A stretch of 64,000 nucleotides of DNA from Litoribrevibacter euphylliae (GTDB lineage: Bacteria; Pseudomonadota; Gammaproteobacteria; Pseudomonadales; Litoribrevibacteraceae), in assembly GCF_042646085.1 (NCBI RefSeq), contig NZ_JBHRSZ010000004.1, positions 136,798 through 200,797 on the forward strand. Direction: 5' to 3'. Positions 19,233 to 29,247 of this stretch are shown here, in pieces. A program made the position numbers and the translations under genes. Below the pieces are notes generated by a model. It saw nothing but the letters and a program-made list of their open reading frames with translations, did not search any database and was not told where the DNA came from. Position 1 is the first letter of the stretch. Every line of letters begins with the position of its first letter.

Positions 19233-19997
19233 TTATTGGATTAACGAATCTAAGTATTCCAAAATTTCTGTCTGTGATCGAACCCCTTGAAGTAGCTTGA
19301 ATTCGTCAATGGCCCCTGGAAAGGAATCTGTATTTCCATTAGGGGGAACTCCACCTAAAAATAGGTCGTTATATGCTCTGGATACAGGTGTGATTATTGC
19401 GTTTGAAGTGTTTTCAATGCCGTCAATGTACAAGCGAGCAATATCGCCATCATATGTAATAGAAACATAGTACCAAACATCTTTTTCGAATTCGTAATCA
19501 CTTTCAATTACATCAACAGAATTATCTGAATACCCATCTTTGAATAGTGTTAGCTTAAAGTTTCCATTATAAAAAACTAAATCAAAGGGGTTTAATCCAT
19601 TATTTCTACTTCCGAGTACGTAATATTCGTCGGCATTATTGAAATCCGATAATTTATACCAGCCTTCAATTGAGATTTGATTGTCTGGGAAATCAATTAT
19701 TAATTCTTCATTAATATTGTCTGAGAGTATATTAAGCTCTACATAACTTGGATTATTTGATTCAAAGCTTAGAGCCTTACCGACCTTACCTTCTACGCGA
19801 ATAGCTCCAACTATTGTTCCATGCATCTTATCAAAGGAACTATTAATGGCTGTAGTACCATTTCCCTCAAACTTGTAGATGGCTTCTGTTCCAAGATCAG
19901 AAATAGAATCGTCAGAACTATTACCACCACTGCCACCTCCACATCCTGTAAGCATGGAAGTTAAAATAATTGACGCACAAACTACTAAATATTTCAT
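19233..19997 (-). CDS. Lipoprotein with a concanavalin/LamG-like beta-sandwich domain
   Basis: MKYLVVCASIILTSMLTGCGG lipobox; DGDIARLYIDGIE laminin-G-like motif. The gene is AT-rich. Confidence 0.55.
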   Translation of the reverse strand: MKYLVVCASIILTSMLTGCGGGSGGNSSDDSISDLGTEAIYKFEGNGTTAINSSFDKMHGTIVGAIRVEGKVGKALSFESNNPSYVELNILSDNINEELIIDFPDNQISIEGWYKLSDFNNADEYYVLGSRNNGLNPFDLVFYNGNFKLTLFKDGYSDNSVDVIESDYEFEKDVWYYVSITYDGDIARLYIDGIENTSNAIITPVSRAYNDLFLGGVPPNGNTDSFPGAIDEFKLLQGVRSQTEILEYLDSLIQ

Positions 19998-20377
19998 GTA
20001 TTTTTCCATTGACTGATACAACTCCTTTATTTCATGACGTGTGGTTAAAGTTACAACCTGATAACCGAGGCGTGATTGTACAAATTGAGCAATAAAACTC
20101 ATAGCTGAAAGATAAAGTATTGCTACTTAATACTGGGAGGCTTGATAAGCAATACTAGATGAGGGTGTTGAGGTTTAAGCCTCTTCCTAAATTCAAAATT
20201 CGCTAGTCTTTCTGATTCTAGGTGCATTTCTTTATAGAAATACTTCTACCCATTGACTCAAACCCCAACATCAACCAAGATAACCGAATGAACATACAAC
20301 GTACGCAAACCACTGGTCGAGTTATTATCATCATTCCTTAGGAGTGGTGGGATTTGTGATGCGTTAATAATTTCTAG

Positions 20378-20408
20378 AACCCGCCCAAGAGGCGGGTTTT
20401 CTGTTTCT
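20378..20408 (+). terminator. Rho-independent terminator-like hairpin (ACCCGCC-CAAGA-GGCGGGT + TTTTCTGTTTCTG)
   Basis: A perfect 7-bp GC-rich stem followed by a T-rich run on the plus strand, 40 nt before the kinase start. Confidence 0.4.
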
Positions 20409-20448
20409 GCCTCTGGGTATTAATTTATGAGAATAGGACAGAGGTAGC

Positions 20449-20967
20449 ATGAACAAAGTCGCCGTTTTTGGTAAACCGGGTAGTGGTAAGTCCACATTAA
20501 GTAAACGTTTAGCATCAGCAACTGGAATACAGTTACATGCGCTGGATTCTATTTTGTTTAATCAGGATGGTAGTCAGGTTGATAGGGAAACCTACGATCA
20601 GGCGCATGAGTCCATACTGGAATCAGATCGCTGGATCATCGACGGCTTAGGGCCAATCGGCTCGTTTTACCAACGGTTAGAAGCGGCGGACACTCTGATC
20701 TATATCGACTTGCCGTATCCTACCAGTTATTGGTTAGTCACCAAACGAATGCTGAAAGGAATGCTTGTAAAGCCGGAAGGCTGGCCGGATGGCAGCTCAG
20801 TGTTTAAAGGCTCGTTGGAAAGTTATAAGTTCTTAAAACTTAGCCCTAAGTTTTGGAATGGTGATTTTATGCAGCGGCTGGAACAGGCATCGGTAGGTAA
20901 ATCTTTGCATGTGATTCGGTCGGTTTCTGAGTTGAGTCGGTTTGTGGATGAGAAGGTTAAGTGTTGA
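20449..20967 (+). CDS. Small P-loop NTPase/kinase (adenylate-kinase-like, FlaR-like family), paralog 2
   Basis: MNKVAVFGKPGSGKSTLSKRLA Walker A; 172 aa. Confidence 0.7.
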   Translation: MNKVAVFGKPGSGKSTLSKRLASATGIQLHALDSILFNQDGSQVDRETYDQAHESILESDRWIIDGLGPIGSFYQRLEAADTLIYIDLPYPTSYWLVTKRMLKGMLVKPEGWPDGSSVFKGSLESYKFLKLSPKFWNGDFMQRLEQASVGKSLHVIRSVSELSRFVDEKVKC

Positions 20968-20987
20968 AGTAGCAATGTGGGTGACTT

Positions 20988-21341
20988 ATGACTCTTTATG
21001 AGTTTATTCAAAATGTAATTTGGTTAGCTCCAATACTGATCTTGGTGGCAACGTTCATTTATCTTCTTCGTTTTAAATGGTATTGGCGTCTTGTGGTTAT
21101 TGTTTTGCTCGGGTGGGTGGTTGTCGCTGGGGCAACCTTGTTGTTTTGGAGCTATTCATTTCATTACGCGCCTACAGACGAAATCAAGATGGATTTAGCG
21201 TTACGGGATGGTGCGCCCAAGGTATTTGCAACCCTATTTGGTTGGATCTATGCGTTTGTGCTTTTGATGTTTTTTGAGGCAATTAGATTCATTTATTTAG
21301 GGTTAAGGGCTTTGATAGAAAGGCTGGGTCAAAGAAATTAA
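20988..21341 (+). CDS. Small integral membrane protein (3 predicted TM helices)
   Basis: Hydrophobic segments. Tightly linked, 20 nt downstream of the kinase. Confidence 0.5.
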   Translation: MTLYEFIQNVIWLAPILILVATFIYLLRFKWYWRLVVIVLLGWVVVAGATLLFWSYSFHYAPTDEIKMDLALRDGAPKVFATLFGWIYAFVLLMFFEAIRFIYLGLRALIERLGQRN

Positions 21342-21400
21342 TAAAAGTTAAACCCAACACCGCACATCAAACTGTGCGGTGTTGGTGTATGAGATGTTTC

Positions 21401-23218
21401 TTAACGTGTTTGTTTTACTTCAATGGTTACTTCCGGTTGAGGCAGTGGGTTGGCATTAAGAAAGCCCCAGATGAAGTCCGTTTGAAGAACCTTCAGTGAG
21501 AACGAAGGATCGTCGTTGTAGAACCAATCGTGCTTTGGTATGCCATCGTGGGATTGTTCATAACCAAACTCACTTAATACGGATTCAAATACCCCAAGTT
21601 GAAGGAAGTTAGCGGTTTCATTTTTAAGAAGTGCGGTTGCTTTCAGGTGGTCGCTGATGTCGTAAGTGATTTTGCCCTCAATTGCGCTGAGTTTCATAGC
21701 AACACCAGCACGAGAATGGCAGCCAATACAGCTGGATTGACTCATAAATCCGGCCTCTGTGATTGAGTTACCCAGATGCGTGGCTCGTCCTTGGTGATCT
21801 GTAAAATCAACTTGTGACCCTTTAAGGCGGTAGTTAACCCAGGCTTTGTCTGACGGGTTAGGGTATAAACCGTTGCGGTCAGAAGTAGCAATTCCGTAGG
21901 CAGTAAGCAGTTGCGTTAACGCTTCGCTTTGGTTGCCCAGTGGATATTGTAAGTCTGGATCAAAGACAATGCTGCTTTCTGAGAGATTGTCGTTCTTCTG
22001 GTTAGGCACAATGTAGTTACTTGGCGCATCATCCACAGTTACCGAGTGTCCAAAACTGTCGTTACAGCCGGTATAGTCGCAACGTCCCGGATTGTTCATG
22101 TGCTCGAAGGTAGTCCATACCCATTGAGGAACGTCTTTTGAGGAAATATGGAAGGCCATCAGGTAGTGGGTGTCGCTTACATTACACTTGCCTTTACTGG
22201 TATTTAGGATGGTGATAGCAGGCTTAGTAATGTAGTCGTTCGCTTTGCCGAAATGAACGTATTGTTTCGGGTATTTGTTTTTAATGGCATCAATGACTTT
22301 CTCACTTACCCAGTTACTCTTGATCATGATGGCATCTGGCGGAAGATCCACTGTGCTTAATTTACCCGGGGTGTTCGGTGTTCCTGACTGATTAGACTGA
22401 TGGTAAGGTGCATTCTTGGTTTGGTTATTGGCGTTTTGGCGGTAGACATCTAAAACCCCATCTGCATTATACAGGTTGTTGTTAAACAGATAGTCATGGA
22501 ATGTCTTGTTGCGAATGGTGATTTCGGCATTGGTCTGACGAAGGATTCGCCCGATGCTTTGTGGATCAGCAGGCAGCACAGAATCGATCTGGCTGGAAGT
22601 ACATTCTGGATTGTCTTGAGTATCCGCTAGGTTAACGGCTCCACGTTTCCCTTTTTGGCGAGCTGTACCGACTCGAACTATATCAGAATGCTTTTGAAAG
22701 AATGTTGAAATCGCGTTCCGTTGATTTTTTGCCCCTCGAATGATTTTGTTATCGTTAGTGAAAGACTCTGCTTTTTTGAGTGACTGGGCCAATTCATCAC
22801 CCGGATAAACAGGACAATGCTCCAAGTTGTTGTTATTGCTTGCTGGGTTACAGCAGTTCGTTGTGATGGATTCACTGCACATGGGCCAAGGTTCTTTCGG
22901 CCAGTTTTGGCTTTCGTCGGCCCAGTTTTTCCAGAATTCATCGGCAATCACTTCTGCAAATAAGTTCCAAGAGAAGGCATCCGGACAGGTCATTGCAGGG
23001 TTGGTTACCTTGTTGCCGTAATTGGCGACCTTATTGGTGATTGAGAATTGGCAATATTCTGCATCTCGAATATCTGCATCAAAATACATAATCCTATCAA
23101 TGTTTGTGGGGGCATCATCGGATGATGCCGCATGGGCATGGTGTACTGTGACGCACAGGGTGAGTAGGGCGCTGATCAGCGCAGTTCTAAGTCCTTGAAT
23201 CCTATTAACTCTCATCAC
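21401..23218 (-). CDS. Secreted Cys-rich 605-aa protein of unknown function with a single CxxCH motif
   Basis: Signal peptide (LISALLTLCVTVHHAHA), many Cys residues, and CIGCHS near the C-terminus. Confidence 0.55.
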   Translation of the reverse strand: MMRVNRIQGLRTALISALLTLCVTVHHAHAASSDDAPTNIDRIMYFDADIRDAEYCQFSITNKVANYGNKVTNPAMTCPDAFSWNLFAEVIADEFWKNWADESQNWPKEPWPMCSESITTNCCNPASNNNNLEHCPVYPGDELAQSLKKAESFTNDNKIIRGAKNQRNAISTFFQKHSDIVRVGTARQKGKRGAVNLADTQDNPECTSSQIDSVLPADPQSIGRILRQTNAEITIRNKTFHDYLFNNNLYNADGVLDVYRQNANNQTKNAPYHQSNQSGTPNTPGKLSTVDLPPDAIMIKSNWVSEKVIDAIKNKYPKQYVHFGKANDYITKPAITILNTSKGKCNVSDTHYLMAFHISSKDVPQWVWTTFEHMNNPGRCDYTGCNDSFGHSVTVDDAPSNYIVPNQKNDNLSESSIVFDPDLQYPLGNQSEALTQLLTAYGIATSDRNGLYPNPSDKAWVNYRLKGSQVDFTDHQGRATHLGNSITEAGFMSQSSCIGCHSRAGVAMKLSAIEGKITYDISDHLKATALLKNETANFLQLGVFESVLSEFGYEQSHDGIPKHDWFYNDDPSFSLKVLQTDFIWGFLNANPLPQPEVTIEVKQTR

Positions 23219-23405
23219 TCTATTCTCGCTTGGTTAGTGGTTATGTTAGTTGTTATGGGAGTTTTAAATTTAGATTCAGGTGAGATGCCCAGCTATTACG
23301 TTGGATTACACCGCGCATTCATTTTAAGAGGCGAGTTCTTGATATTCGTTACTTGAATACCTTATGGTTCGGTCTTTACGGTAAACATAAACAAGCGGAG
23401 AAAAA

Positions 23406-24197
23406 GTGAAGTATTTAAAAGGATTTATACTCGTTACTTTATCGTGGGTAAGTAGTGTTTGGATAAGTAGTATTTGGATAAGTAGCGTCTGGGCTGGTGG
23501 CATTAATGCGGAAACCGTATTTGATGAAGCGCGTGATAGAACGATACCGATCGACATTTCTTACCCTGTTGATGCGGAGCGATGCTCTGCTTCGTCCAAA
23601 TGCCCGGTTGCATTTTTAAGTGCCGGTTACGGTGTATCCCATTTAGAGTATCAGTTCTTATCTAAGCAGCTTAACCAGCTTGGGTATTTGGTGGTGGCTG
23701 TTGGGCATGAATTACCGGGTGATCCGCCTCTGTCGGTGTCGGGTAATTTGTTTGAGACGCGCAGTGAAAATTGGATGCGTGGGGCACAAACTCTGGATTT
23801 CCTTAGGAGCACGTTGGTTGCTCGTTTAGATGCGTATGATTTGGATGACCTTTTCCTTGTGGGTCATTCAAATGGCGGAGATATTTCTGCTTGGTTAGCG
23901 AATGAACATACAGGCTATGTTCGAGGTGTTATTACACTGGATCATAGGCGAGTACCTTTGCCTCGAAATGCGGGTATTCAAGTTTTGTCTATTCGAGCGG
24001 GTGATTTTCCGGCAGATGAAGGTGTGCTTCCATCATCAGGTGAACAAAAACAATACGGAAGTTGCATCATTACTATTCCTGAAGCCAAGCATAATGACAT
24101 TGCTGACTTCGGCCCGGTTTGGTTGAAAGAAAAGATAAACGCAGTGGTTCGAAGTTATCTGATAGGGCACTCTTGTAGTGATTTACAAAGCATTTAA
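23406..24197 (+). CDS. Secreted alpha/beta-hydrolase esterase/lipase (dienelactone-hydrolase/PAF-acetylhydrolase-like)
   Basis: Signal peptide containing SSVWISSIWISSVWA. GHSNGGD nucleophile elbow. Confidence 0.7.
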   Translation: MKYLKGFILVTLSWVSSVWISSIWISSVWAGGINAETVFDEARDRTIPIDISYPVDAERCSASSKCPVAFLSAGYGVSHLEYQFLSKQLNQLGYLVVAVGHELPGDPPLSVSGNLFETRSENWMRGAQTLDFLRSTLVARLDAYDLDDLFLVGHSNGGDISAWLANEHTGYVRGVITLDHRRVPLPRNAGIQVLSIRAGDFPADEGVLPSSGEQKQYGSCIITIPEAKHNDIADFGPVWLKEKINAVVRSYLIGHSCSDLQSI

Positions 24198-24291
24198 AAG
24201 CGCTGACTTATCTTAAACGGGCACCTATCCAACGGTCTTGCAGCTGGATAGGCGCCCGTTTCGTCTATCAAAAAATCAAGATGGAACTCAC

Positions 24292-25881
24292 TTACTCAGC
24301 ACAGTCATCAAAACAGATATCGCTGATTTCCACAGAGAAAGGTTCGGATTGAGAGTTAAAGAGGCTCAAGCCTCGGTTGATTGATGCTTGATAAGCACCA
24401 GGTTCGTAGATATCGAACGTTTTGGTTACCCATTGGTTGCCAGTACCTGGAAGTGAATAAGATGGTGCTAGTACCATTCCATCACCATGCAAGCCCATGC
24501 GTCGCATGTTTAAGCTCATTAACCATTGATTGCTGCCCGTGGCTCGATAAGTAACTGTGACGCTTTTGGGGTCCATTAAGTACTTATTTCGTATCAACGT
24601 TGGCATCTCTACATAGGTGCTTTTGAAGGTAATGTGCCCATAAGGATTATTACCTGCTTGTGACCAGCCTTGCGCATTCCATTGAGATTGGTGATCTCCT
24701 CTGAGCTGGTAGTCAGCCGTAGCATTAGAAACCAAGTAAGTTCCTGAAGGCTTGCCATTGATACCAAGCGTTAGTAGGTCTTTTTGTTTGATCGGAACAA
24801 TAGGCTTTCCATACACTTGGATTTCACAGCTATCACCAGGATTTAAGGTTTGGCAGTCGTTGTGAATTACATTGAAGTAATCACCGAGTAAGAAATCCGG
24901 TTTTGAGATGTCGAAACGCTGATCAGCGGATTGGTTTTGAAGTGTGATATTTACGTTTGTCTTCTCAGAAAGTGGATGACTGCCTAGATCATAAGCTGTG
25001 GCAATGCTAAGCCCTTGTTGTTTGGCATGGGTTAGGTTTAGCCAGTTGATGTATCGACTGGATGCAGCCCAATATTGGCAACCTTCAACAAAGTTGGTGT
25101 TCTTCCGTTTATAACCCAGTAAATATTTTTGGCTACCTGAGTCGTAGACGATAGGAGCACCGGTGGATTTGTTCGACGCATCAATCGTGCAGGAAGGGAA
25201 TGGATCATCTATTGAACCAACGAGGCATAGACGTTTTGCTAAAGGGTCGCTGGTGAAGGTGGTGCACACGTCTTGTGGTGCAACTCGAAAGGTTTTCACC
25301 GTAATGTCGTCAGTAACGGTATCGTAATATCGACCGACCACATTAACGTCAATTCTTCCATCCTGTTCAAGTTTTGATATCAGAGCGTCCGGAGCAAGTT
25401 CCAACGACTCAACGCCTTCGGGTACAGCATCGACTTTGGCGATTACCTGATCACCACTGTAAGGGTGGGTTTTAGTTTGGATTATCTGTTGGGGTAGGGT
25501 TTGACTACCATCTGCCAATGTAAAGGATACTTGAGTGGGGTAGCCTGGAATTGGAATAGGATTCGGAATAATGCTATTCCCTTCTTGATCAACGATAACG
25601 CCTTCTGATGTCACTAAGTTTCCGTTTTGAGACATGTTCTCTTGAGTCGGGATAGGGATAGGCGAGGGAAAGATTATGGAGTCGTTTCTACAATGTGGCG
25701 AAAGTAACACTTGGTTGTCGCCAATATAACTGCCATTACATAAGTGTTCGCCAGTGGAGTCCTGTACAGATACCAAATAGGCGTAACTGTCTTCTTGAGC
25801 GTGGGCCAAGTTTAATGATCCCAGCATTAGTAAGCCTACCGCTAAAGGCTCTATGTTATTTTTATTCTTAAATAGCTTCAT
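24292..25881 (-). CDS. Secreted 529-aa protein of unknown function
   Basis: Signal peptide (LLMLGSLNLAHA) and an RBS 9 nt before the second ATG. A weak trypsin-like N-terminal motif (SPHC) is present, but there is no GDSGG. Confidence 0.55.
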   Translation of the reverse strand: MKLFKNKNNIEPLAVGLLMLGSLNLAHAQEDSYAYLVSVQDSTGEHLCNGSYIGDNQVLLSPHCRNDSIIFPSPIPIPTQENMSQNGNLVTSEGVIVDQEGNSIIPNPIPIPGYPTQVSFTLADGSQTLPQQIIQTKTHPYSGDQVIAKVDAVPEGVESLELAPDALISKLEQDGRIDVNVVGRYYDTVTDDITVKTFRVAPQDVCTTFTSDPLAKRLCLVGSIDDPFPSCTIDASNKSTGAPIVYDSGSQKYLLGYKRKNTNFVEGCQYWAASSRYINWLNLTHAKQQGLSIATAYDLGSHPLSEKTNVNITLQNQSADQRFDISKPDFLLGDYFNVIHNDCQTLNPGDSCEIQVYGKPIVPIKQKDLLTLGINGKPSGTYLVSNATADYQLRGDHQSQWNAQGWSQAGNNPYGHITFKSTYVEMPTLIRNKYLMDPKSVTVTYRATGSNQWLMSLNMRRMGLHGDGMVLAPSYSLPGTGNQWVTKTFDIYEPGAYQASINRGLSLFNSQSEPFSVEISDICFDDCAE

Positions 25882-26223
25882 GATTAACATCCTGTTTAAT
25901 TTTTAATTAGCCTGCGGACTTGCAGGTACTTTACAAATAGCAAGGCGAAGGCCAGAGAGAACAAGATTTACCTAAAAAAAGCTGATTAATTTATCAGTTA
26001 TTTAGAGTTGAATAATTATGGATACCTAAAAGTACAATGCTTAATGAATAAGTTTGATGAGAATTAGCATGAGGAAAGGAATGTTTATAGGTCTGTTCTG
26101 TGCAGGGGATTTCTGGGAAAAACAGTGCCGCTTTTTATGGGGCAATGCATTGCCATACGGAGAAAGCATGAGTTACTGAGTTGAATAAGAAGGTACTGTA
26201 TAGAAGCATTAAGATAGTAAAAT

Positions 26224-26245
26224 CAAGCGGCCAAAAGGCCGCTTG
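26224..26245 (-). terminator. Hairpin CAAGCGGCC-AAAA-GGCCGCTTG, likely terminator of the rsgA-like gene
   Basis: A 9-bp perfect stem 35 nt past the rsgA-like stop, followed on the minus strand by ATTTTACTATCTT. Confidence 0.35.
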
Positions 26246-26278
26246 ATGAGTGAGGACTACGTACTGATTTTGTTACCT

Positions 26279-27409
26279 CTACCACCGTTCTTTTGTCTTG
26301 GCTTTCACCATTTTGGAAAACGAACGTTGGTGTTCCCGTTCTGCGTGGCTCCCCAACTCTCGGCGTTTTGCATATTCATCTTCCTTCAATAATTTTTGGT
26401 AGTTAATGAAGTCGGATGGATCTACTGAGCCCTTTTCAAGCGCTTCACGAACCTTACAACCTGGCTCTTGCTCATGACGGCAATCTCCAAATCGACACCG
26501 TTGAGCAAGCGAGTGGATGTCCGCAAAGGTTTCTTCGATGCCTTGCTGGCTGTTGAAGAGTTGTAACTCTCGCATTCCAGGGGTATCAATCACTGCTACT
26601 TTTCCGTGGTTTTTTTCATCTGCACTGGCAATGAAAAACAGCTGACGCGCTGTGGTGGTGTGCTTACCTTTCCCGTCATCTTCTCGGATGCCTGCTACCT
26701 CTTGTTGAGTGCCAGCGAGGGCGTTCAATAAGCTGGATTTCCCTACGCCGGATGAACCGACCAAGGCAATGCTGATGCCGCTGTGAAGATACGGTTTTAA
26801 GCTATCTAGCCCGGTGCCTTCCAGTGAACTGATGGCATGGATCAGCTTGCAGTTCAGTTGTTGTAGTTGAGCTAGGTATTCCTCCAATTCCACCTCAGAA
26901 CATAAATCGCTTTTAGTCAGGATCACCACAGGTTCAATATCTGCCTCTAGCGCGAGCGCTAAATAACGCTGTAAACGCTTGAGATTAAAGTCCTGGTTAG
27001 CACTAGTTACGATCCATAAGTAATCGAGATTGGCTGCGATCAGTTGAGGCCTGTCGCCTGAGAGGCGTTGTAACCGGCTCTTGGGTTCGACGATCAACTT
27101 AATGCGCCAATGCTCTTCCACACGTTCGGCCATGATCCAATCACCAACGGCCAGAAATTGGCTGGTGGGGCGAAATTCAGGCGGACACAGTAAGTCAGTA
27201 CTTGTTAAATAAGAGCGTCCTAATTCACCGATGGCTTGGATTCGGTCTCGATGAATGGCGGTAATACGAAACATGGCATAAGGTTGCTCTGTTGTTTCGT
27301 CATCACTGTGCAAAGCCGATAATTCATCAAAGGAAAGCTGTGCACTCAGTTGTTGCATGAAATAGTTAGTCCAGCCGATGGACTGTAGATGTGTAAAATT
27401 CAATGTCAT
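26279..27409 (-). CDS. Circularly permuted GTPase of the RsgA/YjeQ family (paralog with divergent N-terminus)
   Basis: G-motif order is G4 (TKSDL) - G1 (GSSGVGKSSLLNAL) - G3 (DTPGMRE). The C-terminal zinc ribbon is CRFGDCRHEQEPGCKV. Confidence 0.75.
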   Translation of the reverse strand: MTLNFTHLQSIGWTNYFMQQLSAQLSFDELSALHSDDETTEQPYAMFRITAIHRDRIQAIGELGRSYLTSTDLLCPPEFRPTSQFLAVGDWIMAERVEEHWRIKLIVEPKSRLQRLSGDRPQLIAANLDYLWIVTSANQDFNLKRLQRYLALALEADIEPVVILTKSDLCSEVELEEYLAQLQQLNCKLIHAISSLEGTGLDSLKPYLHSGISIALVGSSGVGKSSLLNALAGTQQEVAGIREDDGKGKHTTTARQLFFIASADEKNHGKVAVIDTPGMRELQLFNSQQGIEETFADIHSLAQRCRFGDCRHEQEPGCKVREALEKGSVDPSDFINYQKLLKEDEYAKRRELGSHAEREHQRSFSKMVKAKTKERW

Positions 27410-27719
27410 TGCTCCGGCAAAATCATAAACACGCCGGACGGACGACCTGAGGACTCAGGACATATCAGATGGGATCAAGATAGGTATGAAAGGGGGTTAA
27501 GCCCTAAACATTCGCCGCCGGCAATAAAACCAGTACAACGTTTGAAACAATCATAAAAAAGCTCCTTTCCGAGTTCTCTTGACAGAGTTCGGATTAACAA
27601 TAAATTAACCCCGCATTGGGCAGCGTTATGATGAGGTAAGTTCAATATTTAATCAATAAAATTGTTAGTTATCGGTTTGTATAGGCGGTTTCCTAAATAT
27701 TTTACTTACGTAGGAATAT

Positions 27720-27738
27720 GTACTGGTTAAACCAGTAC
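27720..27738. promoter_or_regulatory. Perfect 19-bp palindrome GTACTGGTT-A-AACCAGTAC (candidate operator)
   Basis: Exact inverted repeat in the rsgA-like upstream region. Confidence 0.35.
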
Positions 27739-27763
27739 ATTCCAAAATCTGTTGCTTTTGAAA

Positions 27764-28165
27764 CTAGATGGAAGCAGAGGCAGAGACGGTGCTTTGAGAA
27801 GGCTTTTTCAATCGACTTCCTACAATCAGCAGTGTTAAGAACTCCAGAATCAGAAAGGTAATCTGAACGTCGGTTGTTCCTGTATCAAAGATCATTCCTT
27901 CTAGTCGTCCAACAAAAAGTCCGCCAACCAAGAACAGAATTGCCAGTAAGCCTATTCGAGCATGTTCTTTTGCAATAACTGCGAGGAATATTCCTGCGCC
28001 CAAAATTAGTCCTCCATACGCTGCGATGAATTCCATTTTTGCTCCTGGTTGTGAAAGGCTGAAACGTAATGCTTCAGCAAAGAACTCCGTGGCAAAAAAA
28101 GCGGGTAGCGAGAAGAGGACAAAGAGCGCGGCAAAGCTTTGTACGATGAGGGTATCTGCTTTCAT
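27764..28165 (-). CDS. Small 4-TM membrane protein (DUF4345-like)
   Basis: 133 aa with four hydrophobic helices. Confidence 0.5.
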   Translation of the reverse strand: MKADTLIVQSFAALFVLFSLPAFFATEFFAEALRFSLSQPGAKMEFIAAYGGLILGAGIFLAVIAKEHARIGLLAILFLVGGLFVGRLEGMIFDTGTTDVQITFLILEFLTLLIVGSRLKKPSQSTVSASASI

Positions 28166-28228
28166 TTTGGTATCCTGACTAATTATGGGTTTAATTAGTA
28201 AGGTAGGAAGGTTGCTTCAGATTAACTA

Positions 28229-29053
28229 TTACCTCTGAGGTAATTGATTTGAATTGCTATGCTGAATTTCTTCACAAAACTGCTGGGTAGCCTCATCAGC
28301 AGGGAAGAAGCTTTCAATTCGAACGTCCTGAATAGCAACGTCTCTTGGAGTACCAAAAGTAGTAAAGGTTGAGAAAAACGTTAGGTGAGTACCATCTTTA
28401 CAGAAGTGAAAGTTGAATATGGCGTTGTTGTCTTCCTCTTTCTGAGAGGTCTTCCGCCAATTCGGGGGCAATTGATACTCTCGTTCCAGCCGTGTGATGA
28501 GATCATAGCCGGGCTCACCCGGAGGAATAGCCAACACTTCCTGTTGCAGGTGTTGCAGTATTGCCCGACTGGTTTCTTCCCAATTGACGATATAGGGGCG
28601 GAAGCCCAACTCTGAAAAGTAAATTTCGTACGCATTTTGGGTGTGTTTAATAAGTTCAGGGTTGACCATAAATTGTATCAATTTAATGGCGCCATCATTC
28701 ATCATTAAGAAATTGCCACTTGGGTCCGTCACGATGGCGGGGAAGGGGTTGTGCTGATCGATGATTCGTTGAATGGCATGGCGGGTAAAAGCAAGTTCTT
28801 CTGAGAATAAATTGCTGGTTCGGTATTCGGGTGAAAAGCCAGCTGCGTCCAGCATTCCATTGGTGTTTTTAAAAGAAAGGTCTAAGGCCTGCGCAAGCTG
28901 TAACACGGTTTGGCGTGTTGGTTTGGCTTTACCATTTTCCAACTGATTTAGGTGTTTAGGGGACAGATTACAAGCTAATGCCAGATCCATTTGGCTGAGT
29001 TTGGACAAGGCTCTCCAATAGCGAAGATGCTTTGGAAAATTTAAGTCGGGCAT
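28229..29053 (-). CDS. XRE-family HTH regulator with a C-terminal MmyB-like ligand-binding domain
   Basis: LSKLSQMDLALACNLSPKHLNQLENGKAKPTRQTVLQLAQAL HTH, then a roughly 170-aa C-terminal domain. Start taken at MPDLNF. Confidence 0.7.
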   Translation of the reverse strand: MPDLNFPKHLRYWRALSKLSQMDLALACNLSPKHLNQLENGKAKPTRQTVLQLAQALDLSFKNTNGMLDAAGFSPEYRTSNLFSEELAFTRHAIQRIIDQHNPFPAIVTDPSGNFLMMNDGAIKLIQFMVNPELIKHTQNAYEIYFSELGFRPYIVNWEETSRAILQHLQQEVLAIPPGEPGYDLITRLEREYQLPPNWRKTSQKEEDNNAIFNFHFCKDGTHLTFFSTFTTFGTPRDVAIQDVRIESFFPADEATQQFCEEIQHSNSNQLPQR

Positions 29054-29247
29054 GTTGTCATTCGCTCTTATGTTGTGTCGCGTCCATTCGGGGTTGTTAA
29101 TGGATGATAACAATCCAGGGGGTATCGCGTGGCATAAAATCCGGTGAATGTCGTAATTTGTGAGATATCGCAAGTTGTTGGATAATACGCGCTTTCCGAC
29201 GTGCTTCCAGAGTGCGTTGCTGTATTGATGTAAACAAGAGATACCCC

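Noticed and set aside
24292-25881. Trypsin-like serine protease call for the 529-aa secreted protein
   Set aside because: Only a vague N-terminal SPHC-like resemblance is present. There is no GDSGGP or catalytic Asp context, so it stays hypothetical.
28381-28635. ORFs 28381-28635 (-) and 28385-28615 (+)
   Set aside because: They are nested inside the MmyB-like regulator gene in other frames.
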